Source: Octopus vulgaris (taxonomy: Eukaryota). Taken from it: DNA of 64,000 nt. The translations under genes and the position numbers were made by a program. Positions within the stretch are counted from its first letter, which is position 1, and every line of letters begins with the position of its first letter. The stretch spans positions 8,122,001-8,186,000 of the forward strand of contig OX597815.1 in assembly GCA_951406725.2 (NCBI GenBank), written 5' to 3'. Below the pieces are notes generated by a model, which saw only the letters and a program-made list of their open reading frames with translations, was not told where the DNA came from and ran no database searches. Shown piece by piece: positions 13,185-27,038 of the stretch.

Positions 13185-13699
13185 CGTGCGTGCGTGTGTG
13201 TGTGTGTGTTACTAAGTATGACAGTTTCTTCGTTAGCTTTGATGTTCTCTGATGTTTCTGGTAAAAAAACAAAAAGCAACAATAAGGAGGCGATGAATAT
13301 TAGTCGAAGCTTCTTCAAGAGTGTATGTTTAAATTTTGAACTTACTCGGCAATATCAAGAATGGCTGAATGTCAAAGAAATCGGTTTGCTGTTATGTGGT
13401 CCTAAGTTCGATCCCAAGTTGCGGTTTCTTAAACAAGTCTCTTCTTCCACAGCCTAGAATCGTCCCAGCCTATGTGCGTGAAATTAAGTGAGAAAACGTG
13501 TGTCGGTCACCATGAATTGTATGTGTATTTGCAGGAAGCGATCGTTCAGAACGCAGATATCTCTATGATTAAGTATTCCTCAAGTATCTGTGTAGTACTC
13601 AACCACTTATTTTCTAATAAAATTTTGTTCAAATAATCGAGTAGCTGAAACGTTCGTAGGATAAACCGATGCGAGAAGTTTCCTTCTACCTTTAACAAG

Positions 13700-14311
13700 A
13701 ATTTCTTTTCTACTCTAGGCGCAGAGCCCAAACTTTAGGGGGGAGGGGGCCAATCGATTAGATCGACCCCAGTAAGCAACTGGTACTTAATTTATCGACT
13801 CCAAAAGGATGAAAAGCAAAGTCCACCTCGGTAGAATTTGAACTCAGAATGTAAAGACAGACGAAATATCGATAAGCATTTCGCCCGGCGTGCTCAACGT
13901 TTCTTATTTCTTTATTGCTCACAAGGGGCTAAACACAGAGGGGACAAACAAGGACAGACATAGGTATTAAGTCGATTATATCGACCCCAGTGTGTAGCTG
14001 GTACTTAATTTATCGGCCCCGAAGGGATGAAAGGCAAAGTTGAACTCAGAACGTAGCGGCAGAGGAAATACTTATTTCTATTTCTTTACTACCCACAAGG
14101 GGCTAAACACAGAGGGGACAAACAAGGACAGACAAAGGGATTAAGTCCATTAGATCGACCCCAGTGCGTAACTGGTACTTAATTTATCGACCCCGAAAGG
14201 ATGAAAGGCAAAGTCGACCTCGGCGGAATTTGAACTCAGAACGTAGCGGCAGACGAAATACCACCAAACATTTCGTCAGGCGTGCTAAAGCTTCTGCCAG
14301 CTCGCCGCCTT
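13700..14311 (-). mobile_element. SINE family C, three tandem or partial copies
   Basis: Head AAGGCGGCGAGCTGGCAGAA, B-box GAGTTCAAATTC; core GCCTTTCATCCTTTCGGGGTCGATAAATTAAGTACCAG repeated three times (resembles the Nin domain; tentative). Confidence 0.82.
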
Positions 14312-14702
14312 ACCTTTAACAAGATATTGACCATATTATAGCTGCTTCATTTTGTTCTTATTTAGAGTGAGTGAGTCAGTGAGTGATTGAGTTAGATAGA
14401 TACATATACATACATACATACATACATACATACATACATACATACATACATACATACATACATAGACTGTTAGTAAGTGGGTTAGTTAGTTATATTGTAA
14501 TTAAGTCATTTGTTACAGGTTTCCAACGAGTCATTCGCTGGTACACAGTATTTCTGAAGGCGAGAGTGGCAAAGGGAGCGGTGTCTGTAACTCGATGCTA
14601 AACAAAAAAATCTCAAGGGATTCTTTCGTAAGCAAGAAGTTTTTAAGGTTTTACTAACGATGCTTGCTTCTTATATTTTCACCGATTTACATTGGCGAAC
14701 TG

Positions 14703-15018
14703 TGAAGGCGCAATTTCCCAGTGGTTAGGGCAGAAGACTCGCGGTCGTAGGATCGCGGTTTCGATTCCCAGACCGGGCGTTGTAAGTGTTTATTGAGCGA
14801 AAACACCTAAAGCTCCACGAAGCTCCGGCAGGGGGTGGTGGTGGCGATCCCTGTTGTACTCTTTTGCCACAACTTTCTCTCACTCTTTCTTCTGTTGGCC
14901 TGCTCGCTTAGCCAGCGGGATGGCGTCATTTGAAGGCTAAAACAATGCGAAGCGCATTGTGACCAGCGATGTGTAGCAACATCTGATAGCCTGGTCGGTG
15001 ACGGTGGTCACGGTGATA
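14703..15018 (+). mobile_element. SINE family B head with an alternative 3' tail
   Basis: 14703-14890 matches 54623-54810, then diverges into a different tail ending GGTCACGGTGAT. Confidence 0.8.
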
Positions 15019-15482
15019 TTGGCGAACTATGTACACACATGTACATATGCACACGAACATACATAGATTTGTGGCTAATATGTAGGGCTCACAGAACGAC
15101 CCTATGTCTCTTTGAGCAAGGTACTTCACACACACACACACTCACATAGACACACAGAAACACACACACACACATACCTGCTTCAGTCATTGGACTGTGG
15201 CCATGCCGGATAAATTTAAAATAATATTGAATAAGACAAAATTTTCACTTATATATTTACAATAAATGTCTGTTGTCAATGACCGTAATAATGTTTAAGT
15301 GTCAGTTACAGTAATACTTTGATATCATTATTCTTAGATACAAAATGACGGACTCTCCCGTCAAAGGCGACGTATGAGTGTTGTTCAGTTTTTGCTGAAC
15401 GACCCACATAGATGATTTGTTTATGGTGATCGAACGTTTGTATTGTACATAAGCTCACTCTCTCTATCAAATCCCCATTGCC

Positions 15483-15612
15483 TATCAAGGAGCTTGACCC
15501 ACAAGAAAGCTATAAATACCAGGGGATAAACGAAGGAGATGGTATGCAATATACTACTATGAAGGAAAAAAAACGAAAGGAGTATTACAGAAGAATACGA
15601 CTCATACTAAAA
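15483..15612 (+). pseudogene. R4/Dong-like non-LTR retrotransposon RT fragment
   Basis: Translates IKELDPQESYKYQGINEGDGMQYTTMKEKKRKEYYRRIRLILK (YKYLG motif plus KEY.RR.R.ILK). Confidence 0.75.
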
Positions 15613-16147
15613 GAACCGGTTTCTAACCAAGATCCAAGGCTTCTTCATTAGAATTTCACCAACTTCAACAAGGTATTTTTGCATGTATGTGTGTATATGA
15701 GCAATATTTGGAGTTAGTTCATGTTCAGATTTAGTTAGTTAGTTAATTTGGCTCAAAAGCAAATAGCAAGGCCATGTAGGGGGACATGGAGTTAAGTACA
15801 GGGTGGTGTACTTAACATACAGATTTGTATGTTTAGTTTTATGCATGTATTCTCATGCATATCGTTGCATGTCTAAATATGCGCATATGTACTTAAATGA
15901 TAAACTGGAAAGTTTTACAAATTTTTCCAGTTCCAGTGATGTGTGTGTGTACGAATGGCTCTATTATACTTTTCTGAAACAAAAGCAGTACACAGTAGAA
16001 ATCTGAAGCTGTTTAAGCACTTTCGTTGAAAATGTGGTAAAGTGAAACACTTGAGATCCTTGCAAATGCAGAATACACAAGTATCTAGTCATTCATCACA
16101 TCTATTTGTGTTGGGCAGACTATGTTGTGTGTATGTGTGTGTGTGTG

Positions 16148-16400
16148 TGGAAGATGGTAGGATCCCAATGCAGTTGTTCTACGGTGAGCTGTGCTCTGGA
16201 ATACGCCCTCAGCACAAACCACAAAATGGTACAAAGACTGCAACTCGAAAGAGCTTCAAGTCAATGTAAAGAACTGGGAAGAATTAGCTTTGGAAAGAGC
16301 TGAGTGGAAGAAGTGTATAATGGGAGGTTGCAAGATTTTTTTAAGCGGGTCGCCTTGGGCACGAAAACCTCAAGCACTGGCTTCAGAAATGTTGTCGTCA
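16148..16400 (+). pseudogene. RTE-clade LINE ORF C-terminal fragment
   Basis: EDGRIPMQLFYGEL..G.RP and WEELALERAEW motifs with frameshifts. Confidence 0.8.
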
Positions 16401-17606
16401 GAATCTCAATGGGAGCATAAAGTGTTGGAAGTGTGAAACATGGGCCTATGTACTCTTTTCCAAGGTTGGGTGTATCAACCGTCAAGAATCCCATGAAAGA
16501 TGAAGAGAATGCAACATCCTTTCTCCTGGATGTGACAATTCGATGTGTGTAATGTGTGAAAAGGGCTTGTAAGTCAATTTCGGGTCTAAAGAGATAACGA
16601 AATCGGGGATCCCAGTTAACGGGGATCATATCTCACAAAGTGATCCGATCAGTCCAGTGGAAGTTCCAACTTTCATTTATCACTTATTCTTCAAGTCATG
16701 CGTATCTGCAGCGGGACTGAATATTTATCTGAGAAGTCATAGATGGAATGTCAGAAGTGCCATTAACAAGGAGAAAGCTCAAACGGACGACAATCAACTG
16801 AGGAGATGAAACAATGCCGCAGCTGCAGCAAAGAATGTAAGTTATTTCCCGGCTTAAAAATCCATTGTAAGTCCCACGGTCACAAACGTTAGTGTGTGTA
16901 TGTGTGTGTGTATACAAGTTTCAGCACAGTTTCTATCGATCAAATTCTATTAGCAAAGTTTTGGGTTAATCCGAGATTATGATGAAAGTCATTTGCCCAG
17001 TGTCTGTGGTACAGTAGAAACGAACTAGGAATGACGTGATGATGATGATAATGACGATGATGATGATGACGACGACGACGACGACGACGACGATGATGAT
17101 GATGATGATGACGATGATGATGATGATGACGATGACGACGAAGATGAGGATACAACTGAGCATTCTCGACCCCCATCGAAAGAAGCCCGTCCAAATAATT
17201 AATAAAGATCCATTCACCAACGCGCTATATTCACGCTGGCTCACGAGTTGTTTCTTCGCCTTTCATCTTTCATCATACGACAATCTTGATTTCCTTCAAC
17301 TTTCAACCGCATCATATTTATCTCTTCTATTCCGCCAACTACTTCTCTACTGTTGTAGCCAAATCCCTTACTAAGCATTGTCTACCATTCATTGATCCCT
17401 TGAACTATAAGCCTAACCCTATGAAATTCCGCCCCTTTCCACAGTTTCCTATAGACCCTCCCCTACAGCTGTTTTGCTTAATATCAACAATATAAGAGGC
17501 ACAGTCTCTCTGTTGAGGTAAAAGTGACTGCTACATACTACTTCTTACACTTATGGAGACAACTATGCGGATAAACTAAGCAAATATAACAGCTTTGGTT
17601 TGATAT

Positions 17607-17640
<34 letters not shown>

Positions 17641-17641
<1 letters not shown>

Positions 17642-17825
17642 CGGGAAGCTTTATGAAAATAAACAAAAGACGAAGGCAGGTGGAGTACAAACAAACAATG
17701 TATTAGTATGGCGCTCAGGAATAGAAATAAAACAAGTCTTTTACGTTTCGAGCCTACGCTCTTCGACAGAAAGATACACAGAAAAAAACAAGGAGAGAAA
17801 AAAATTGCGTGTAGGGGCTAACGAT
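17641..17825 (-). mobile_element. short (TA)n-associated repeat with a minimal hammerhead-like motif (17737-17774)
   Basis: Second copy on + at 31132-31312; motif UCUUU CUGUCGA A GAGC-GUAG-GCUC GAAA C GUA AAAGA. Confidence 0.7.
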
Positions 17826-17977
17826 ATATATTGGTAAAACGGTAAGATAACAAAAGAAAGAAAGAGACCTCAATATTATGTAAATAGAGGAATAGCTCTT
17901 TTGTCTAAATAGCGGTCAATAATACAGTAATTTCCATTTGCATAACGGTCATTTTTCATAGCGTTTTTCCGATGGCC

Positions 17978-18040
17978 GGATAACTGAAGAGATGGTGGTG
18001 TGGATTTCCACCTCGGCATCCGAAACTCAGAGTTTTATCT
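17978..18040 (+). ncRNA. type I hammerhead ribozyme motif
   Basis: Stem I GGAUAA/UUAUCU; CUGAAGA; stem II GAUG/CAUC; GAAA; palindromic stem III ACUC-A-GAGU; GUU triplet. Confidence 0.75.
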
Positions 18041-18071
18041 TGGCTACCGAATAATTGTCACATATTACATC

Positions 18072-18141
<70 letters not shown>

Positions 18142-18178
18142 CGTGTGTAAGTGCGTGTGCGTGCGTGTGTGTATATGT

Positions 18179-18243
<65 letters not shown>

Positions 18244-18891
18244 TGTGTGTGCGTGTGTGTACATGCAAAACGAAAGGAAGGACAAACTGATGAGTTTCAG
18301 ACGATGAATATTTAAATATAGATATGTAGATATTTATATTAATAGATCCAACTTAGACAGAATAGAAACGACAGAGAAAATTAAAGGGGAGGAGGAGGTA
18401 AGCAGTCATAAGTCCAACAGCTGTTTCTGGGGTCTCGGAGATCCATCATAATAATCGGTAGATGCAGTTCCACGCAGACCGCTACAACATATACACACAC
18501 ACACACACTTACAGACTAACAGGCTCATACGACAAACACACATAGACACTTACACAAACACACACACACACACACTCACACACACACACACACACATATA
18601 TTTACAGATTCACTTACAGACAGATAGGCGCATATGCACACGCAAATGCACTTACAAACACAAACACACAGATAGCCCCCACGTGCACCCACGCGCTCAC
18701 CCGCTTGTCCGCGCACGTACATACACATACGTACATATACATACGTACATGCACAAACGTACATACATACACGTACATACACACACGTACATACACATAC
18801 ACACGCACGCATATATTGCCATATGCGCAGTTGCACACCACTACTTATACATATACGAAATGTGCACATTTATACACACGTGAGTGCTCGA

Positions 18892-19150
<259 letters not shown>

Positions 19151-19941
19151 GTGTATATATATATACACATATATATATATACGCACACCACATAAACTAA
19201 CTTTCGCATCCACAACCACATTACTGCACATGTGATCATCAGTAGCAGCGCCATTGTCCTCGGTTTCCTCTTCTACCTCCTCCTCCTCCTCATCATCATC
19301 ATCATCGCCACCGCCACTACCACCAACACCATCATCTACATCATCATCATCATCATCATCACCATAGTTCTGTGTCGTGACACCGAAAGCCTCAGAGGTA
19401 AATAACACAATGCAACGTCAACAAGATCGTTTTGCAATGGCCTCCGGCTCTACTCTCGCTCCATTGCAGATGACAATGTGGTGAGACAGGCCAGAGTTCT
19501 TCTTATGACGTCAACACAAAAGCACTATGGGATTGTCAGAGTTGATCGTCTGCCACCTACTTCCTAAACTGTTATTATATCATTTGTCTTGCAGTTGCAC
19601 CGAGTGACACAACACACAATTTACACATCATTTGCATAACACACTATTTGCGCAACATACTTTGCATAACACAACATTTGCATAAAATACCAGTTGCACA
19701 GCAGACAATTTATACAGCACAGCATTAACACGCTATTTACATCACACACCAGTTATACAACACAGCATTTTATACGATACGTTATTTACACAACACAGCA
19801 TTAACACAACTGATTATTTACATAACATAATTATACATACATGTATAGATAGATTGTTACATACATACATACATACATACATAAATACATACATACATAC
19901 ATACATACATACATACATAAACCTAGACAGACAGAGAGACT

Positions 19942-20156
<215 letters not shown>

Positions 20157-20496
20157 TAGAGAGAAAGATAGATACAGTATGTCGGTGAAATTAATTCTCT
20201 AAATAATCTTACACTAAGCAACGTACTATAGTGTATGTTTATTCAGCGATCTTGAGAAGGACGGTGAAGTACGTATTCTCTGGCGAGGCCCTGATAAAAA
20301 CAACACGTATTCGGAGTTGTTTCACAAATTTTCAGAAATAATTCAAAATTAGTCAACAATTAACAAGTAACATTTATTTCCTCTTTTCATACTTCTTACA
20401 TTTTATATGTTAACTTATATGTATTTAAACAACAAATACCTATAATTAACTGTAGGAGCAGTGAAAAAGAGAATACACATTATTTAACGTATATGA

Positions 20497-20820
20497 AGGA
20501 GCACTCCGTCGGTTACAACGACGAGGGTCCCCGCTGATACGATCAACGGAACAGCTTACTCCTGAAATTAACGTGCAAGTGGCTGAGTACTCCACAGACA
20601 TGTGTACCCCTAACGTAGTTCTCAGGGAGATTCAGCGTGACACAGTGTTACAAGGCCGGCCCTTTGAAATACAGGTACTACTCATTTTTGCCGGCTGAGT
20701 GGACTGCAGCAATGTGAAATAAAGTGCCTTGCTCAAGGACACAACGCGTCGCCGGGAATTGAACTCACGACCTTACAATCGTGAGTCGAATGCCCTAACC
20801 ACCAAGCCACGGCGCCTTCA
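20497..20820 (-). mobile_element. SINE with a family B tail and a different core
   Basis: 20497-20678 matches the family B tail; the middle has CCTTGAGCAAGGCACTT; tRNA-like head. Confidence 0.78.
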
Positions 20821-21099
20821 CTATTTAACGTATATATTTGTAGATATACTGCTAATAGCTCAATCGTCTATTCCTCAAACTTTCATAGGTTCATAGACAC
20901 GGAAACCTTTGCTGCATTCAGACTTAAAAGTCTCTTGTAAGCTATGTCCCCACTGAACGAGTTATGTTACATGATTTTAAAAAGTGCTGCGAACTGCGGT
21001 GCCATCAGATAGTGAACGTGCCACTAGAACGGAGATGAAGCAGCTCAGTAACTTTTCTTAGTTAACGGAACAACTTTACTTGCTATGTTTGATAATGCT

Positions 21100-21134
21100 T
21101 CCCAAGAGTAATTTTCTGAGTTCGTCAGTTGGAA
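21100..21134 (-). ncRNA. minimal hammerhead motif directly 3' of the PLE ORF
   Basis: UUCCAA CUGACGA ACUCA GAAA AUUAC UC UUGGGA: 6-bp stem I, no stem II, stem III mismatched. Confidence 0.6.
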
Positions 21135-21700
21135 CCAAAAGCTCGCATGTGACAGCAATTAAGCGTTAGTTCTGTTTTCTATCGAGACATACTACAAGCT
21201 ATTTCACGATATGCAGTTTCTCCGACAGAGAACATCTGCAATTAAGTAAATCACTGAAGTCGGGCGGAAAGGGTGTTCTGACGACAATATTCGAGGATAT
21301 AGTAAGGAAGTGAAATCTGCGCTGCTTCTGAGCCTAAAGAAGGAGTGAGGATGTTGGTCGTACCGTCCTTTTAAGTGTTTAGCGGTAAGTTCCATTTCCT
21401 TCCTCTGGTTAGGATATTTTGAAGTATTTATAGCTCTATAAACCACGTTCTCAGCAACCAGCGAGCAAGTACAAGTGGTTTTGGTTGTGGCCTATTATAC
21501 GGAAAGTAGCGTTATCTAGGCAAGTTTAGCTAACCTTAAGAGCATGTACTTCGAAAAGTAGTTGGAATTTGTGTATCTCCAGGAAAAAACTGCCTTACGG
21601 GAGTTTAAAAGTACAAATAAAATTTGTAGCAACTTTAAAGTTTATAGGGTGAATTAGAAGAGACTACTTTTCGCCTCTGACAACTAACGAACCGAATAAA
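21135..21700 (-). pseudogene. decayed Penelope-like element ORF C-terminus (linker plus GIY-YIG endonuclease)
   Basis: Minus-strand frames give HKFQLLFEVHALKVS*TCLDN...IIGHN, AENVVYRA, LKGRYDQHPHSF, CSLSEKLHI and TELTLNCCH, in the order of the PLE motifs KVSYSC..N, NVVY, FK.R...H..SF, C.LC..EK..I and EL...C.H. Confidence 0.75.
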
Positions 21701-21806
21701 CAACTGCTTCCCGATAAATTTAAAATCTCACAAATGTATTGAGTAGTCTTTCATCCTTTTGTAAGTAAAAACGTCCATATTTGCATGCGAGCACTTGCGA
21801 GTGTGT

Positions 21807-21871
<65 letters not shown>

Positions 21872-21884
21872 ATATACACACATA

Positions 21885-21922
<38 letters not shown>

Positions 21923-21924
<2 letters not shown>

Positions 21925-22304
21925 AGAAAAAAGCAACAAAAATGGATCAATATTTCGGTACAATTGTTTCGTACGAAGACCACCTTTATTAAGGCTGCAA
22001 ATATTGCAGCAAATACACGTGACCCGTACTCATCAGCCGAAAAAACATCTGAGTTCTCAAAACATCTAAGGGGGTGAGGCTACACTCATGAAACGTGTAT
22101 TTGCTGCAATATTTGCAGCCTTAATAAAGGTGGTCTTCGTACGAAACAATTGTACCGAAATATTGATCCATTTTTGTTGCTTTTTCTTGCTTATAATCAC
22201 CCCGCATTATCTTATGGTTAATACCATATAGATTTCTGGTGCATCTAAGTTAAGTACCTCATTCATGTGAATTCAACAGAACTCACTTGAATCTTAATTA
22301 CTTT

Positions 22305-22307
<3 letters not shown>
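21923..22307. mobile_element. (TA)n-embedded HHR element with inverted arms (21923-22020 / 22093-22189)
   Basis: 97-98-bp near-perfect inverted repeat; full HHR on the minus strand; tail homologous to 60889-60988. Confidence 0.85.
21953..22042 (-). ncRNA. canonical type I hammerhead ribozyme motif
   Basis: Stem I UUUCGG/CCGAAA; CUGAUGA; stem II GUACG/CGUAC with a long extension; GAAA; palindromic stem III ACAAUUGU; GUA triplet. Confidence 0.88.
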
Positions 22308-22347
<40 letters not shown>

Positions 22348-22832
22348 AGAGAAAGACACCGAGAGAGGGTTAATGAAAGAAATAATATTGGTTATTTTTT
22401 AAGAACATTCAGAAACAAAGTGATATATATATAAAATGATATATCATCAATTGTTTGATTAAAAATATTTCTTTCTCTACTATTTTGGCATTATTTCAGA
22501 TTTACTGGAACACAGAGGGTGGGAAGTGAATGCCTCTCGACGTCAGTGTGTATATATGTGTTGTGTGTATGTAATAATATATTTGTTTTTATTTTGGGGA
22601 ATGCCAGTGTGTGCGAGTGGGTGTCTGAGTACATAAATGTATTTACATACCCACTCGCACGTACTCGCACATAAGAGCGCGCGTGTGCCCCCCACACACA
22701 CACATTTATATATAACTGAATATATATGAGTGCATACGTGTACGTGTACATGAATGCATTAAAGTAACTATATATATATGTATGATTATATATATATATG
22801 TGTGTGGACACGTATATATATCTATATATGTA

Positions 22833-23203
22833 TCGTGGCACTCAGTCGGTTGCGATGACGAGGGTTCCAGTTGATCCGATCAACGGAAAAGCCTGGTCGT
22901 GAAATTAACGTACAAATGGCTGAGCACTCCACAGACACGTGTACCCTTAACATAGTTCTCGGGGAGATTCAGTATGACAAGGCTGGCCCTTTGAAATACA
23001 GGTACAACAGAAACAGGAAGAAAGAGTGAGAGAACGTTATAGTGAAAGAGTACAGCAGAGTTCGCCAGCACTCCCTTCCGTGGCCTCGTGGAGCTTTAGG
23101 TGTTTTCGCTCTATAAACTCTCACAACGCCCGGTCTTGGAATCGAAACCGTGATCCCACGACCGCGAGTCCGCTGCCCTAACCAATAGTCCATTGCGACT
23201 CCA
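22833..23203 (-). mobile_element. SINE family B
   Basis: Homologous to 10943-11309 and 54623-55004. Confidence 0.85.
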
Positions 23204-23275
23204 CATACACACACACACACACGCACAAATATATATGTATGTATGTATATCTATCTAAATAGCTAACTAGAGAAC

Positions 23276-23865
<590 letters not shown>

Positions 23866-25004
23866 TAGTTGCGTCCTTTCGGATTGTCTTTTGGTTTCCT
23901 CAAAATCAATGCCTTATTCTATCAGCGACTGGCACTGTATAGTTTTTAGCTTGTTTTGTTTCCTTTTAAACCATTATAACGAGCCTGGTAGATAGATAAT
24001 CTCATGTTAGCATTTCCAGAGAGATGTTTATCCATATCATGTGGATAACAGCTCCGATGTAAATTCCCCCAGGGTCTGCTTCAATTGTCACAGTTACGCA
24101 TTTGAATTGTACTACTATTATTTTCGTACATAGTATATGTTATTACGACCGATAACAAGATTGCAAAAATCATATCGTTCAAAGCGAGAATTTCTTTTAA
24201 CAATTGTTGTTCGAAGTTAGACATGTATGGTTATCTCTTTTCTGTTTGATATGCATAGAGATGTGTGTTTACAGATTCCAATGTACAATGGCGACAGAGT
24301 TTATTCATTTCCTTTGTTTGCGCATGCCTGGTCACCAGTCAGGGAATACTTCCCGATTAGCCCCTTTCCAACATTCAAGTTGCTATTTAGCTCATGAACA
24401 CAAATTTGATTCATGAAAGCATTTTGACATCTTTTTATTTTATTTAGCAGGCGCGGTTGAAGCAATATGATGCGATATTCAATTGCCCTTTAGATTAACG
24501 TCAAGTCCCTCATCGATTTCTTCAAGTAGATACAGTCAATAACACTTTTAATGTGGAAATTTCTGCTAGTGGTTATTAGTTTTACCGTTTTAGTATCAAT
24601 GAAACAGATTTCTTCAGTCGAGAAGCCATAATAACGATATGAAGAAAGTAGGCAGAGCAAACACATTGCAGACCACCGGTTTATTGAATGCAAAGAGCCC
24701 AGAGAAGGATGTTTTTTTCATCTGGGTGAAATATTCTTTGGTTACGCATTTCTTGTTCAAGTGTGACCAGATAATATATTTCATTCATTCCGAAGTACAT
24801 CAAGCCACTCGCGCTGGGTATGCATAAATGTGTATACGAATGCAAGAGAAAGTATATTTTTAATGTGTATACATAAATGCTTGTGTGATTACATAAAACA
24901 CACGTCTCACGTAATGTTTGAGTATATTGTAGTTTATCCAAGTATACTCACACGAGTGAGCTTAAACTGGTGTAGATATATAAGGTTAATAATGATGTTT
25001 AATG

Positions 25005-25071
<67 letters not shown>

Positions 25072-25347
25072 TATATACATACATATATATATACATATAG
25101 ATACATACATATAGATATACGCATATATATGTGTATATATATATACACACACACACACACATATATATATACATATATGTATATGTGCATATATAAGTAT
25201 GTATATATATATATATACATGTAGAGGTAGGTACGTACATATATGTATATATATGCATATGTTTTATTTATTAATATATATATATGTATATATATATATA
25301 CACACACAGAGAAATATATATATATATATATACATTCGTACAACATA

Positions 25348-25389
<42 letters not shown>

Positions 25390-25589
25390 CTTGTGTGTCA
25401 GCGAATGTGTATGCTGTATATCTATACAATTACTGACACTCTTATAGAATTGGTTACATTTATATATATTCTCATACATACTCACATATGCGATCAAGCA
25501 CACACACACATACACACACACGCACCTAACCATCAAACCAGTGCACCACATCGCTGCCGCTCCACTCTTTTAACAGAATGGTGAGACGT

Positions 25590-25728
25590 GATGGTAGTCG
25601 TGGTGGTGGTGGTTGGTGGTGGTGGTGGTAGTGGTGGTGGTGGTGGTAGTGGTGGTGGTGGTGGTGGTGGTGGCGGCGGCGGCGTTGGCGGAGGTGATGG
25701 TGGTGGTGGTGGAGGTGGTGGTGGCGGC

Positions 25729-25762
<34 letters not shown>

Positions 25763-25961
25763 GCGGCGGCGGCGGCGGAGGTGGTGGTGGTGGTGGTGGC
25801 GGTGGCGGCGGCGTTGGCGGTGGTGCTGGTGATGGTGGTGGTGGTGGTGATGGTGGTGGTGGTGGCGGCGGCGGCGTTGGCGGTGGTGGTGGTGGCGGTG
25901 GTGGTGGTGATGGTGGTGGTGGTGGTGGTGGTGGTGGTGGTGGTGGTGGTGGTGGTGGTGG

Positions 25962-25992
<31 letters not shown>

Positions 25993-26160
25993 GATGGTGG
26001 TGGTGCTGGTGGTGGTGGTGGTGGTGGTGGCGGCGTTGGCGGAGGTGGTGGCGGCGTTGGCGGAGGTGGTGGTGGTTTTGGTGCTGGTGGTGGTGCTGGT
26101 GGTGGTGGCGGTGGTGGTGCTGGTGGTGGTGCTGGTGGTGGTGGCGGCGGCGGCGGCGAT
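25590..26160. repeat. (GGT/GGC)n trinucleotide tract
   Basis: Visible directly; open in several frames. Confidence 0.9.
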
Positions 26161-26641
26161 GGTTGTAGTAGATATCGTGATAGTGGAGGGGGTAGAGGGG
26201 TTATGATTATTTGTCAGAATAGGAAGATGAATGGGGGGAGGGTGTCGGAAACGTATGTGTCGAGGGGGGGGGGGGAATGAAAGGAAAGGAAAGCACAACA
26301 ATACAAGTTGAGGAAACTGTGGTGGAAAAATTTCTTGTTGGCAAGACTTCATTGTTGGGATTATGAACGGTCTTCCACTTCTCTAACAACTCTCTCTCTC
26401 TTTCTCTAGCTCTCTCTCTCTCACTCACTCTCTTTAATTCTCTCTCACTTTTCCCTTTTCATCACTCATATATATATATGTATATATATATATGTATATA
26501 TATGTATATGTATATATATGTATGTATATATATATTTGTATATATATATGTATGTATGTATCTATCTATCTATCTATCTACCTACCTATTTATCTTATCT
26601 ATCCATGTCTATCTATCTATCTCTCTACCTATCTGTCTATC

Positions 26642-26684
<43 letters not shown>

Positions 26685-26755
26685 ATATATATATATCTGC
26701 CAACGAGTTTATATGGGTATATGTATGTAGTACATATATGAGTACATGAACACAG

Positions 26756-26794
<39 letters not shown>

Positions 26795-26857
26795 CGCACA
26801 GAGTGATGAAAATAGAAAGAGTGAAAGAGAGTAAATCCTTAAATCCTTAAAATGTTT

Positions 26858-27038
26858 GGTGAAACGCTACGTCATTTTATCGATATCGTTTGGCGAACCA
26901 CTAAGTTATTTTATCGATCTTTTTTGTCGAACCGCTAATTTAATTTATCGATCTTGATTGTCGAACCATCATTTTATCAATCATGTATGGCGAAACGCTA
27001 CGTCATTTTATCGAACACGTTTAGCGAACCGCTGTGTC
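26858..27038. repeat. degenerate minisatellite, unit about 30-35 bp
   Basis: Recurring TTTTATCGAT...G(C/T)CGAA(C/A)CGCTA units. Confidence 0.7.

Noticed and set aside
18283-18460. CTGATGAGTTTCAGACGA, and a minus-strand GAAACAGCTGT motif
   Set aside because: Each has only half of the core; possibly decayed relics but not supportable
19410-19485. Possible short exon (ATG...GTGAG donor)
   Set aside because: No recognisable protein and no partner exons; cannot be supported without RNA data
25588-26280. 230-aa glycine-rich ORF (also 36210-36900)
   Set aside because: Trinucleotide tract open in several frames and on both strands; no splice or domain context
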